A DNA stretch of 64,000 nt from Psammoneis japonica (lineage: Eukaryota), in NCBI GenBank assembly GCA_008632985.1, contig QPGO01000230.1, positions 1 to 64,000 of the forward strand. Direction: 5' to 3'. The position numbers and the translations under genes were made by a program. The notes under the pieces are model-generated. The model searched no databases, had not been told where the DNA came from, and saw only the letters and a program-made list of their open reading frames with translations. Shown here piece after piece: positions 48,855-61,782 of the stretch (the first letter of the stretch is position 1; each line of letters starts with the position of its first letter).

Positions 48855-49889
48855 CTAGGCTCCACATCCCACTAGTTTGGCGATAACTTCTGCGGTTTCT
48901 TCGTCGTTTTGGAGCTTCCTAATCAATTGAGGCATAGGGGAAGGAGGGCTCGTTTCAGAGCGAGTCGGGTTCGGAGTCGGTGCAGGGGCAGTGGTCGGTG
49001 CAGGCCGTGGAGGGAGAGTATCGGTACAATCGGAAAAATTAAGGAAGAGAGAGGCTTGTTCAACCATGGCAGAAATTGGTTCACGATTGTCTGGGTCACA
49101 ACTAATTGCCCAAACCACTTCTTTTTCGACGTTTAAGTCGATATACGCCGGGAGTGGAAAATCCTCGGGCACTACCACGCAGCCCCCAAAGTCCACAATG
49201 AAGTCTCTTTCTCCGCGTTCGATTTGAAAAAATTCGAACACGAACTCATACTCGATTCCATCCAGCGTGAACCGGAAAATCATTTCTTCATCATTCCCAG
49301 GGTAATCGTTGTATCTGAGGAAAAGGTTATCGAAGTCTTCTCTAGTCGCACTTTCTCCTACCTTTGTGATAATAAGTTCGAGATCTTCTGATGTGTCCCA
49401 CGTGACTCGACCCGATTTTACTTCTTCTCCTCCATCAACGCCATTCCATGTCACATTATCAGGATCAATATTGGCATCCAATTTGAGTTCGATGTCATCA
49501 CACGTCTGCTCAATCCTCTCCCGGCACGTGACTGTGTCACCACCATTGGAGATCGTGACATTATCATCCACTCGTTTGGTCTCCCACTTGCTATCCTTGT
49601 CGATCTTGTACCTGAACGTGCACGCGTCTTCAGGTTCATCATACATGGCTTCAACAGCATAAAAGTCAAAGGGAGCACATGACTGTGGAGGATTCACGGT
49701 ACTCATCTGTAGAATTCTATCCCAATACTGCTCGTCCTCGGCAATGCCAAACTCCTCGCTCAGATTTGCTCCGATGACCGAAGCTTTACCATCATTGCGC
49801 AGGCGTCGCAAGAGGTTGCCGCAGACAGGCACAAAGCTGTGGCTTGTTAGAGCAAGCAACACAAGCTTAGTCAGCAACGATGCTCCCAT
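48855..49889 (-). CDS. Hypothetical secreted acidic protein (344 aa) with RxL motifs
   Basis: Uninterrupted ORF with normal Tyr content. Signal peptide (MGASLLTKLVLLAL...), NLLRRL, WDRILQMS, Pro/Thr-rich stretch and IRKLQ. Confidence 0.8.
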   Translation of the reverse strand: MGASLLTKLVLLALTSHSFVPVCGNLLRRLRNDGKASVIGANLSEEFGIAEDEQYWDRILQMSTVNPPQSCAPFDFYAVEAMYDEPEDACTFRYKIDKDSKWETKRVDDNVTISNGGDTVTCRERIEQTCDDIELKLDANIDPDNVTWNGVDGGEEVKSGRVTWDTSEDLELIITKVGESATREDFDNLFLRYNDYPGNDEEMIFRFTLDGIEYEFVFEFFQIERGERDFIVDFGGCVVVPEDFPLPAYIDLNVEKEVVWAISCDPDNREPISAMVEQASLFLNFSDCTDTLPPRPAPTTAPAPTPNPTRSETSPPSPMPQLIRKLQNDEETAEVIAKLVGCGA

Positions 49890-50225
49890 TTTCGAGTTCT
49901 AATATACGTTCAAATGCGTATGAGAGAAATTGTAGACAACAGCGACAAAGGCTTGCTTGATGCTGTGAAAAAACCCAAATTGTGAGCGAGATGAACGCCG
50001 CCAAAAAAATGCATGCATCGCTCTCGGGCGGCTGTGAGCGACAGAGAAACATCGCCTAAAAATAACGGGCTTCTTGTGACTCTTATGTAAGAGGGCGGTC
50101 CAGAGATCGCCTGGTACACTTTTTACGTAGAAACTACACGAGAGCCAAGCACGTACATTCCTACATAGACGCAGTACAAAAACACAAAGCGGCACTCCAT
50201 CACGACTCCTCTCGACACACCACCT

Positions 50226-51299
50226 GGGACACACGGCATTTTGTCGCATTTGGCGACATTTTCTTAAAAAATGAATTGATGATTTGTCGCGAAAAGACGC
50301 GAATTGCGACAAAATGTCCGGGTTGGCGATAAACGGGACAGAAACATTGTTTAATTAAGTTATAAAATGATTAATGTCATTATTTATAAATAACCTGAAC
50401 GTTTGGCGATGTCGTTTCAATAAGTGGGGTAATTAACAGAATTTGGCGATCGATGTCATCGACGAAAATTCATCCGACAAAATTTGTCGTATACGACAAA
50501 ATTTGTCGTATCCGACAAATTTTGTCGTCCGACAAATTTTGTCGGCATACGACACGACACGACACGACACGACAAGACACGACAAGACACGACACGACAC
50601 GTCACGTCACGACACGACGACTCACGAACGAAACACCCACGCCCCCCGCACACGCTAACCGACCGCTAACGTCTCCGTTGACACTACCGGTATGTCTCTT
50701 TTTGCACGATGATGCAAAGCGACGAACATGCCGCTCTCGGCGGTCTCCATACTCTCGTCAATACCGGGACAACATCGTACGCTTCTACATAGTGCAACGG
50801 AATGTACCGGTATGTATTGCTGTACTGTACCTTTTATCAGTACGACTGGGCACTTCTGAATGTTGGGGAGCGTTGCGTTATCGGTATGTCGCAAACGTCC
50901 GTCTGTCGGCGTTTGTCGGCTCTTGTCGGCGTTTGTCGTACGTTGTCGGGGTTTGTCGGGGCTTGTCGGGGTTTGTCGGGGTTTGTCGGGGTTTGTCGGA
51001 TACGACAAAATTTGTCGTACGTCCGACAAAATGTCCTATCCGACAAAATTTGTCGTACGTACGACAAAATCGCCAAAACATTAATTAATAAGTACAGTCT
51101 TCGCCGAAAGTTAAATTCATCATATGGCACTGTAGTTGATATAACGTCTGTGTTTAGGACATGCCATCGCCAATTAAATGATGATTTTGTCTTATTTATC
51201 GCCAACGGTTGAAATTTGTCTCAAAGGGCGTTTTTCACGACAAATCGTCCAATTCATTTATGGGAATGTCGCAATTAGCGACAAAATGCCGTGTGTCCC
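50226..51299. mobile_element. Non-autonomous TIR element (MITE-like) with palindromic subterminal arrays
   Basis: Perfect 22-bp TIR GGGACACACGGCATTTTGTCGC (50226-50247 / 51278-51299), extending imperfectly for about 130 bp. Internal CGACAAAATTTGTCG hairpins, (CACGA)n and (GGGTTTGTCG)n. No TSD found. Confidence 0.8.
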
Positions 51300-52299
51300 T
51301 GACGACAATCCATCAAAATGGCGTCGTCCGCATCTTTCTGTAGCTCCTCTTTCACTTGCCCCATTTCTCCAAAAGGGCCAGGGACAGCTCACACATTTCT
51401 GTCATGACAGAACAATGTAAATGCAAGTTGTTTTTTCGTTCCAAACTCTCAGAATGCAGTGCAACATGTTGTCAAGGCGAGCTCGCACGTTGGCGGTGAC
51501 AACACCAGTGAATGTCCACTCCATGAAAACAACAGAGACATGATGCCCCAGAAAAACAAGCTCCACACTCCCATGACAAGTTGCAAAGCCAATTCTTCTT
51601 TTGGGCTTGCACTCTTGTGCTGTTTTTGGAGACTTGGCATTGTGCATGATTTGCCCCGACTTTGACATCTAAATGTGTTGCACAGGCTTGGTAGATGAGG
51701 CAAACAAGTCACATGTTTCCACATTGTAAGCTGCCTTGTGTCTGCAAGACTCAATGCAAGCCATCACAATCGCCATGGCTCATTTCTCTGTCGAACAAAA
51801 CTGCGCATCACCTTCTGGAGGCACGCCAAATGCGCGTCAAAATTGCTCGACGACAAATCTGAGCTGCCAAGAGCTTGAACATCTTCAGACACCACAGACC
51901 CAAGCTTCCACATTTATCATGAAGTCATCCGGATGCTGCATCTGTGACTTGGACTTGTCGTCAGACTGCCGTGGCCGTTGCAAGGCAGAAGCGACATTCA
52001 AAGCAAGCACTTCTCTCTCAGGGATGGCCCATGGCAAGGGAGACCCCACAGAACAAAACAACAATGAGGAAAGACAACACATGTGCAAGTTGAAAGAATG
52101 TGAGTGTGTGAGCACTCAACAAAATGCACAGCATGAATGGTGATGCATGAGTTGCGTGTTGATGCAACAAAATCGGCGGTGTCAACACCAATCTTCAGTT
52201 CAAAATTTCACCATGATCAGCCCATGTGAACCTGTGCACTCTCGAGCTTGTCACATGCCTCATGCTGTGACGTGTGATGTTCCGTTGAGAGCACACTAC

Positions 52300-53170
52300 A
52301 AAGTACCTCAGAAACAACCGCATTTTTGAAATCGGCGAAACGCCATTGTCCGTGTTGTTTTGCGCATCATTTTGCGTCGCGAGCCAGAAAACACGCCCAA
52401 AAACTGTTCTGCAGGGCGAAATGTGCTGAATCTACACAGATTTGGGTTGCACCAGGCCACGTAGAAAATGAACGGGCCGAGAACTGTGGTGCGCCCACTC
52501 AAATTGGGGGACGTCTTCGGAAGTGAGACTGTCGAAGAAAGTTGCGTAGAATTTGCACTGAAACAGTCTGTCAATCAGTGCGATTGGGCATTTGGGACCT
52601 CTGGACAGATCCTACGTGTTTTTTTTTGCGTGCAAATTGCACTGGGAAAACCCCAAACGCACTGGCGATCAGACCGCCTTCGACGATCTCACTTCCAAAG
52701 ACGCCCCCCAAAATGAATGAGGTGCAGCATGGGTGCAGCACAAGGCTGTGATGCGGCAAAAATGGATCAGATTCTACCTGCGGAGAGCTTGGCATGTTTT
52801 CTACACAAATCGCCGAAGTCAGCTCGCAAACTTCAGCAGACCCTCTCCAGGACAATGAAAACCTGGACAGTTCACATGGCACAAAGTTCGGAATGAATGT
52901 TTGAACTCCCCTTGACTTGTTTGTGGAGAGGAACTGCATGTTTTCATGTGTTTTTGATGACACACATGTGCAAAATTGAATCAGAAAGGTGCCAAAATTG
53001 TGGCACTCGAGTTTTGTGGAGCTGTCGAGCGACGACTGAGGCACTGCATGAAATCATGCACTGTGGCTTCTTTCCCCACAAACAAGTGGAAGAGAGCATC
53101 AACAAACAGTCCAAACACTTTGTCATGTGAGGTGTCCAAGGTTCCATCATCTGGAATGGGTTTGAGATGT
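52300..53170. repeat. Modular non-coding repeat family with an internal inverted copy
   Basis: About 52750-52955 matches about 61797-62000 directly. About 53075-53160 is an inverted copy of about 52840-52927. Confidence 0.65.
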
Positions 53171-55964
53171 GTTCCAGCCCTGGGCGGGACTCCGGGTGGG
53201 ACGTTAGGCCCGCAGGATTCTGCGTGCGAGCTTCCCAATGAAGCCATCAAGCAATGAACACATGAGTGATTGCCAACAGAAAAACAGACAATTTTGTGAA
53301 TGCATCTCCTCCTTCACACTTGAAGTGCATCATTGACAGTTTGCCTGGGCACACTCTTCAAACATTGATTGCTGAAGAATGCGCCCAGCCCTTTTTCATT
53401 CTCACAAATGCAGAAAATGGAAAGGTTTCAGCTTTGCAAAATGGGGAATGTGAAACAATTTCACAGAAGTTCACACATGGAAATGTGCACAAGCAACATG
53501 CAGTGCAATCCAAAAAACTCCTGATTTCACAGTTCAGCAGCACAAGATCCCGCCTGGAGCTGGAACGCACCTTGATCGTGAGTTCTGCATGCACAGAGTC
53601 TGGCCCAAATTTGCACCTGTGCTGCCTTGAAAAATCCCAGGTTTGGTCATGAATGCATCAGCGTGGCTCAAGATGGTTGAATGAGATGATTTGAGATGCA
53701 CAGCAGTCCTGGGTGGTGGGCAACAATCACACATCATGCCACCCACCAAGTCGCAGCCCCACCCCAACTGACCCTTTCATGCTCAAACACAGGAACATGC
53801 ACTGCAATGATTTGAAATCAAAAACTGCAATTTTTGTCAGGATGCCAACTTGCTTGCATCATCAAGCATCCTTGGTTGAGCCTGATTTCTGCATCATTCT
53901 TGCTTCAGCATCAGCACTCATGCTTTCACCATGGCCCGCCCCCTTTTGCTTTGACTCAGACTCGGACGATGACTCTGTTGGCTCAAATGAATTTTTGCAT
54001 TGTCCTCCCAGCAATGAGGGCATCTCTGATGTGCCATCACTTGCTCTGTTTGAGCCCAATTCTGACAAATCAGATGATGAAGATGTCCACAATGATGAGC
54101 CCGCACTCACTGCCACCGCCAATGCACACTGGGTTGCCATTGCTGCTGCTTTGCACCAGCACAAAGCTGACAAAGAAAGCCATCATCATTGCACAGGAGA
54201 CAGCTGACATCAAGAGGAAAAGAAGGGTGACAATGACCCCCGCTGTGCAGCTGCAACACCCTGTGCAACACGCTTGGTGTTGTTGACACTGCATTTTCTG
54301 GGTTGGAGTCAGAGTGGAAAAGCCCTGTCGTCATGCCCCCCATTTGTGTTTCAGTTGCCAAGGGAGCCCTGTCATCTTGTTCTCAGGAGGACAACATCAC
54401 CAAGCATTTGGGTGGCAGCTTGAAAGTCAATCTTTGCAAAGGTGCTCTCGTCCATTTGCTGCAAAATGCCCCCCATCCAGCAGCACCACCAACCAAGGGC
54501 TGCAGCAATGCCAGCATGATGCACAACACATTGTGCACAGACATTTGTTTGCTTGCACACTCTGCAGGATTCAAAACAACTCCAAATGGCTCTGATTGCA
54601 TCTCCTTTGCCAGCAATCCCATCTCAAGTGCACTTGGGATGATGACACTTTGCAGACTTCTTGCCCAAGCAGCTCCACCAATGAGCACTGGAAGTCATCT
54701 CTCTCCACAATGACTGACATCACAACAATTGGAAGCAAGGCCACAAGAAAAAGCCTTGTCACACCCAAACCATGAAATCCATCAATGACAACCACCACAG
54801 CTTTGACCATCCAATCCATGGAACAAGCCCAGCAAGCTGTTGAACCCACCTTGCCACCATTCAACATGGGGGTGCTGAGGAATTTTCACAAATGTTGAAC
54901 ATCAAAACATGCAGGACAGCAATGATGGCAACACAGACCTTGGGTTTGGTTTCTTGGATGATGCTTGCCAATCCAGTTGTGCAGTGTGGTCACAAGACAA
55001 CAGCAAACAACAAGCCACACATTGCAGCCAAAGTGCTGGCAACAGGATCAGCCCTCTTTGTGGTCTCTTTGAGTCTCAAGACATGTTTCCAGCATCAATG
55101 TGTCTGACGTCCAACCTTTGACAAAGACAATGGGCAAGATGATCATTGTGGAGACATGGTGAAAGCTGTGCTCTCTCCATGTGTCATCCAATCACAGCAT
55201 GGGACCATCAGATGACCATGATGACACTGCACCATGACGGGTGTCCAATTGAAGCAAGTGTGACATGAAGCATCAATGCACCCACATGTGTTGCAATGGT
55301 CTTGGCAAATGGCAACTCATGCAGTGGTGCATCTCAGTTGTCATGTGTTGTGCAAACTGCAACACACAGCTCAACCAATTTCAACACCAGATGTGGTGAT
55401 CAAGTCAGACACCGGCGGCATTGTGCGAAGTGCTTTTTGTGACAGATCAATGCCATCGCAACCAAGCAGATCCAACAGATTGGGAGTCATGAGTTCTCTT
55501 GGGAACTCAAAACAACTGCAAAGTTTTGACACAGGGAAAGGAGCACGCACTCTCATGTCAACTCTCATGTTGATGCAGTGAGCTGTTTCATCCCATTCTG
55601 GCAACTGCCCACCACAAGGGAGTCTGTTGTGGGACCTTGTGCTGCTGAACTGTGACATCGACAGGTTTTTGAATCGCATCACATGTTGCGCACGCAGAAT
55701 TCTACGTGATTTTTGCGACATTTTGTGTCATCTTACGGCGCACTTGTTGAGCAATCCATCCAACAACTTTTGACACATTTTGTTACAGCACGATTCTGCA
55801 ATGTCTTAAGAATCGCGCAGGGCAGGCACATTTGCAAAAATGTCAAGTTTTGCAAGAGGCACAATTGCACCACAAACTTGGGCCGCTTGTTTGATGTTGA
55901 AGACAAATGTGTCCATCAATTAAATTCTCGCACTGCGGAGCTTGCGCGTGGAATTCTACGGGCC

Positions 55965-58900
55965 CAATGTCACATGGAGTCCCACCTGCAGCTGGAACGC
56001 GTCAGAGACTGAGCTGCACCACCATTGCAATGCTGTTGCCGGGGTCCCCCCAGCCCATCTCATCAGGGAGCACAAGCAAGTCACCACCGGAGATGTTGGA
56101 CGCCATCATGCTGGCATTGATGAGGACCTCATTGCTGCCACCCAGTTGGATGGGGCTCAGTGTTTGCAAGATTGTGAGCACCTGCACAACATGCTCAAGA
56201 AGCCAGTCACAGAAGGTCCCGGATGGGCTTTTGTTGAGCCGTCGAACTGCATTCGTGATGGTTGCAGCACATTCTTTGCCTTGAAGAGGCAGGCAGAAGG
56301 GTCGGCTGCTGCCACTGCCCACAAGAACCACACACACGCACAGATTGCTGCTGCAAAGTGCACTGGGCAAGGTTGTTTTACTGTGGATCAGTGCATCCAG
56401 TGCCGCCAGAGGGCTCATGATGACTTGCTTGAGTTGGGAGAGTCAGTGGCTGAAACCAAGAAGGTCTCTGATTTCTTGAAGGGTGTCTCTGACCCCAAAC
56501 TGGAAATCAGCAGGAGTGTGGTGGATGGCGGTCCAACCAAGATTGCAGATTTCAAGGCATGCCAGCAGCACATCAAAACTCTGGTAAAAAATGCCAAGAA
56601 TTGTGCTGCAGACACTTGCATCATTGCCTGTCTTGCTCAGTGCAAGAACAACCATCGCAACAACAAGTCGGGCAGCGGCAAGTCCAATGAGGACAAGCCC
56701 AGGATCAGGGTTGGTCGTTGTCCACCGGAAGAATGGAAAGCCTCAGGTGAAAAAGGCCAGGCTGAGGTCAATGAGCTGCGTGAAGCTCGCAAAGCTGAGC
56801 ACAATGGAATTTCCAGCTCTGCATCTTTGGAAGAGGAGGAGGAAGAGGCCCGCTCTGTCAAGAAGGTTGCAGTTGCTGAACCTGTGAAGGACATGCCAAA
56901 AGATGATGCACTGAAAGACTCTGATGAGTCGGATGAGAAACCAGCTGCTGACACTGGCAACTGAATTGGTGCTCATCAGAAGTCTTCTAAAAATGAATGA
57001 AAGGTTGCGCCAGCATGCAATGGCACAGAAAAGGTCACTTCTGCACCTGCTGGCACAACACAATCATCCAGGCAATTCCCAAAGATGTCCACTGTTCTCT
57101 GTCTTCAGCTCACAAGTCCAATGGCGAGGCGACCAATGACTTGGACTCACACGCAGATGCTTGTGCTGTAGAATCCAATTCTGTTGTGTTCTCCAATGCC
57201 AGTTGCACCATTGTTGTTCATCCACACTCCAAAGCATGTGAACCAATGCAAAATGTGCCCATTTGCATGGCCGCTGCCATGTGGGTTGACCCGGAAGATG
57301 GCCAACCGCACTCACTGCCAGTCCACAAGGCTGTGTTTTTTGGGGACCACATGTCCAATGTGTTGCCATGCCCCAACCAAATGCAGATGAGTGGACTGAC
57401 TGTCCATGACACTCCCAAACAATTTGATGAGAGCAGTGCCCACTCTATCTCTTTTGCTGACTTGAAAGTTGGAACACCATTGCACCTTGATGGTGTCTCA
57501 TTTTGGTCTTTGACTTGCACTGACCCACTGACAAAGATTTGGAAGATCTTCCACGTCTGGAATTGATGTCCCAAATGAAATGGGGGCCTGCTTCTGATGC
57601 TTCATTGCAAAGGGAGGAGTTGCCATGTGCTGGTGTGTGACAAAGATCAGTTGACTCCTGCAACAAGCTGGCAGCAATGACGAATGCAAGCAGGTGCATT
57701 GCTTTGATTCACTCTTGCCAAACCTTGCATCATGATGAGAATGTCATCATGGAATCTGGTGATGATCATGCACTTTGTCATTGATTGGTGACTCAGTTTG
57801 ATGTCTCTCATTGTGACATCAGGAGGTGTCCGCACCATGCAGCCCCTGGCAGAACCTGGCTGAGGCATCCATTCGTGAGTTGAAGAAGAGAGTCCAAGCA
57901 ACTCTATGCCATGCTGGTGCACCACGATGACTGTGGTCTCACTGTGCCCAATGGGTGTGCAACACACAACGCTTCACAGCATCAAATGCATCTCACATGG
58001 GAGGACGTGTCCCAGAGGAGGAGATCTCAGGCTTTGCTCCTGATGTCTCAGCTCTCTCACTTTTTGATTGGTGTCAACCAGTGTGCATTGCATGCCTGTG
58101 GCTGATTTCCCGCATGAAAAGAAGCGCATTGGTTGCTGGCTTGGAGCAGCTGGCAATTGCACGGACGAGATGGCATTCATCATCTTGCCCGAGTCAGGTG
58201 GACCAATCATTCAGAAGGATGCATGGGCAACACCGGAGGATGACTTGAGGCTGACTTCCCAGAAGCCCCAGATGACTTGATGGAAAACAGCTGAGACAAT
58301 GCACTGGAGCCGGCGGAACTGGATGCTGCTCACAATGAAGCTGACGATTGCACCCCAGAGGGGTTGGATGAGTGCCTTGCTGCTCAAGTCATGCTGCCAC
58401 GTGGTGGGGAATTGACCCATGCCAGGGTTGTTGCTCGCAAACACGATGGTGACGGCATTCCCACAGGCAGGAGGAATGACAACCCCATCCCAGACTCTGG
58501 GATCTATGGTGTGGAATTCCCGGATGGATCCACAGATTCTTGTGCTGCTGATGTAATTGCAGAGAATCTCTTTGCTCAGATTGATTCTGAAGGCAATGCC
58601 CACCAGATCATGAGTGGGACAGCTGATCACAGAACTGATGCTCGTGCCACAAAGGCTGATGATGGGCACATTGTGACTGAATCTGGACAACATGCACCCA
58701 GAATGACGACCGCAGGTTGGGGTCTGCAGGTCGAATGGAAGGATGGAATGACTTCCTGGGTTCCTCTCAAGAATTTGAAGGAATCAAACCCAGTTGAGGT
58801 TGCTGAGCATGCTGTGGCAAACAAAGCAGCTGGCAAGCCAGCTTTCAACTGGTGGGTCCAAGACATGCTGCATTGCAGGACCAGGATCTTGAAGAAAGTC

Positions 58901-60615
58901 AAGTTGCATTGCTGGAAACACATGCACAGGTTTGGAGTTGAACTCCCCAAGTCAGAAGCGGAAGCTGTGGACATTGGTCAAAGAATGGGGACCGACTTTT
59001 GGTTCAAAGCCATTGAAAAGGAAATGCACAACGTCAAGCCTGCGTTTGAATTCCGTGACGACAACATTGTGCCTGTCAGATGCAAACATGTTGATTGTCA
59101 TGTGATCTTTGATGTCAAGAGCACCCTCCAACGTAAAGCAAGGTTTGTGCTGGCCAGAGGCCATCAGACAGATCCACCAAAGGAATCCACTCATTCTAGC
59201 ATGGTGTCTTGCAACAGCGCAAGGATTGCCTTTGCTGTTGCAGCTCTGAATGACCTGGAGGTCTTGAGTGCAGATGTTCAAAATGCCCATTTGAATGCAC
59301 ACACCAAGGAGAAGTGCTGTGCTGCTGCCGGACTGGAGTTCAGCAAGCACAACCAAGGGAGGCCGGTCATCATCATCAGAGCCTTGCATGGACTCAAGTC
59401 ATCAGGTGCATGATTTAGAGAACATGTGGCTGCCACCTTGCGTGATGCTGGATTTGAATCATGCAAGGCTGATCCAGATGTCTGGATGTGCGCAGCAGTT
59501 GAGCCTGATGGCTTCAAGCACTGGGAATGTGTGCTTGTCCATGCAGACAATTTGTTGTGCATCTCTCATGACCCTCAGAAAGTCATGGACTGTGTGAGCT
59601 CCAGGCACACATTGAAGAGTGCTTGGGCACACAAATCAGAAAGTGTCAAATGTCTGAGCCGGATGGCAAGACGTGCTGTGCCATGTCTTCTGACTTGCGT
59701 GTCAAGAGGGCCCTTGCTGATGTTGAGACCAAGCTTGAGAAAACAGACAGGTGCCTTCTGATGAAGGTGTCAATGCCTTTGAGCTCAGGGCACAGGACTG
59801 AACTGGACAGTTCACCGGAGCTGAATGCCAGAGCGGCAAACTGCTTCCAAGGCCTTGTTGGGGTGCTCTGTTGGGCAGTTGAGCCAGGACAAGTGGACAT
59901 TTTTGTTGCCATCTCACTCATGTCTTCCCACCTTGCAGCACCATGAGCAGGACACCTGGACAAGGTGCTCCACATCTTTGCCTGCTTGAAAGCTCACTCA
60001 AGGTCTGCTCTTGTGTTTGATGACACTGAGCCTGTCTTTGATGAGAGCCATTTCACCAAGTGTGATTGGGAAGAACACTGCCCTGGTGCGGCTGAACCAT
60101 TGCCACCGAATGTGCCAGAAGCATGCAGGAACAGTGTGACTGCCACTTGCTTTGTCAGTGCTGACCACGCCGGATGCCATGTGACACGCAGGTCCCATGC
60201 TGGGATCCTGACATTCATCCAGTGAGCGCCCATCTTGCATTGCTCTAAATGGCAGAACACCACAGAGCCATCTGCTTTTGGGTTGGAGTTTGTTGTGATG
60301 AAGACTGCCGTGGATCAGATGGAAGCTTTGTGCTGTGAGCTTTGCATGCCAGGCATCCCCATGGATGGGGCCACTGTGTCTTTTGCGACAATGAAGCTGT
60401 CTTTAAGAACTCAACTGGACTGGAGTCTACATTGAAGAAGAAGCACAATGCGATTGCGCATCACAAGACCTGTGAAGCACAGGCCACAGGAATTGCGCGC
60501 ATTGCTTGGGAAGATGGACACACAAATCCAGTGGACATGCTGACCAAGTTGTCACCCGGGCCAAAGCTCTGTGAAATTACAAGCCACATCTTGTGGTGAG
60601 TCCCAAAAGGGGACA
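55965..60615 (+). mobile_element. Older, 5'-truncated and internally deleted Ty1/copia (CoDi-type) element
   Basis: gag (ETKKVSDFLKGVSDPKL), PR DLDSHADAC, WKDGMTSWVPLKNLKESNPVEVAEHA, RT ALHGLKSSGA / VLVHADN, RH ADHAGCHVTRRS. Purine-rich tract AAAAGGGGAC at 60605. Confidence 0.88.
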
Positions 60616-61023
60616 AACTGAACGGGTTTTCTGCCCTGAGGCAGCTTTTCCCTCCCCCAACAGACGTGTTCCAGTCCCAAGTGACGCACAAAACGACAAT
60701 CAATTTTGAACACAACTTGCGCATCTTTCAGTGCACGCAGCATTTTCGTGTGAAATGCTTGGACGGATTGACTTTCATGGGCTTCTAGAGCATGAACATT
60801 TAAACAGTTTTTTTAGGGGCATTCAAGCCCTCATGAGACATGTGTCACAAACTTCCTCAGCAGACTCAACACTGATTGTGCGTCAGCAGATTTGTGCTGG
60901 GATTTCTTTGTGGGTGGAAAACATGCCAAGCAGCATCGTAGAAAGATGTGTTTGGGTGACATCCAAATGACGGCAACATTTTCACTGAAAATCATCCATT
61001 GTGTTGCAAATCTTTTAATGCTG

Positions 61024-61782
61024 TGAAAAACGCAGACGGCAAAACAACAATGACATTGCAACACTCACACAAGTCTTGCCAGTGTTGCAAAACATTTGTG
61101 TTTGTGCGAATCTACACTTTTGGTGGTGAAAGTTCGATCGCAAGTCAGGGGCCATGCAAAAATTGCGCAAATGTCATTTTTGTGCACAATTTGGTTCATG
61201 TGCGGCTGGAACACGTCAACATTTAAAATCATGTCCTGGACAGGGCGGCATCAGGTTGCACACTTGTCTGTTGATCTGACTTGAGCGGAGCCAGTGTCAG
61301 TTCAAGGGGACTGAACAAATGCTGACATGCTGTCACACATGTTGACTGTCATCTGCTGTTGGTGATTGCACCACTGTCGCCAACATGGTGGTCCAGCGGC
61401 ACACCTGACACTCAATTTAGAACCTGTTGATGCTGCTCAACACCTTGTCTGCTTTGTTGCCCAGTTCTCAGCTGTCATGACAGCATTCATTCACCGACAA
61501 GAAGAGCCAAATTGCTGGCAGCCAGTGACATGCTGGCGGAGATTGCTGTTGAAGGCATCTTAATTTTTTGTTGCATTGTCACACACGACGTGTTCCAGCC
61601 GCACGCGAACCAAATCGTGCACAAAAATGACATTTGCGCGATTTTTGCGTGGTCCCCAAGCTTGCGATCGATCTGTTCACCACCAAAAGTGTAGATTTGC
61701 ACAAATGCAAATGTTTTGCAACACCAACAAGACTCATGTGAGTGTTGCAATGTCATTGTCATTGTGCCATCTGTGTTTTTCA
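61024..61782. repeat. Long inverted repeat (arms of about 195 bp, spacer of about 370 bp)
   Basis: 61024-61217 is the diverged reverse complement of 61587-61782 (for example AATCTACACTTTTGGTGGTGAA / TTCACCACCAAAAGTGTAGATT). Confidence 0.85.

Noticed and set aside
50470..51075. CRISPR-like array of palindromic repeats
   Set aside because: No unique spacers of regular length, no cas genes, eukaryotic context, and enclosed by TIRs.
53700..55600. Possible Harbinger-like or other TE coding relic
   Set aside because: Only an acidic low-complexity stretch and weak resemblances. Not enough to call.
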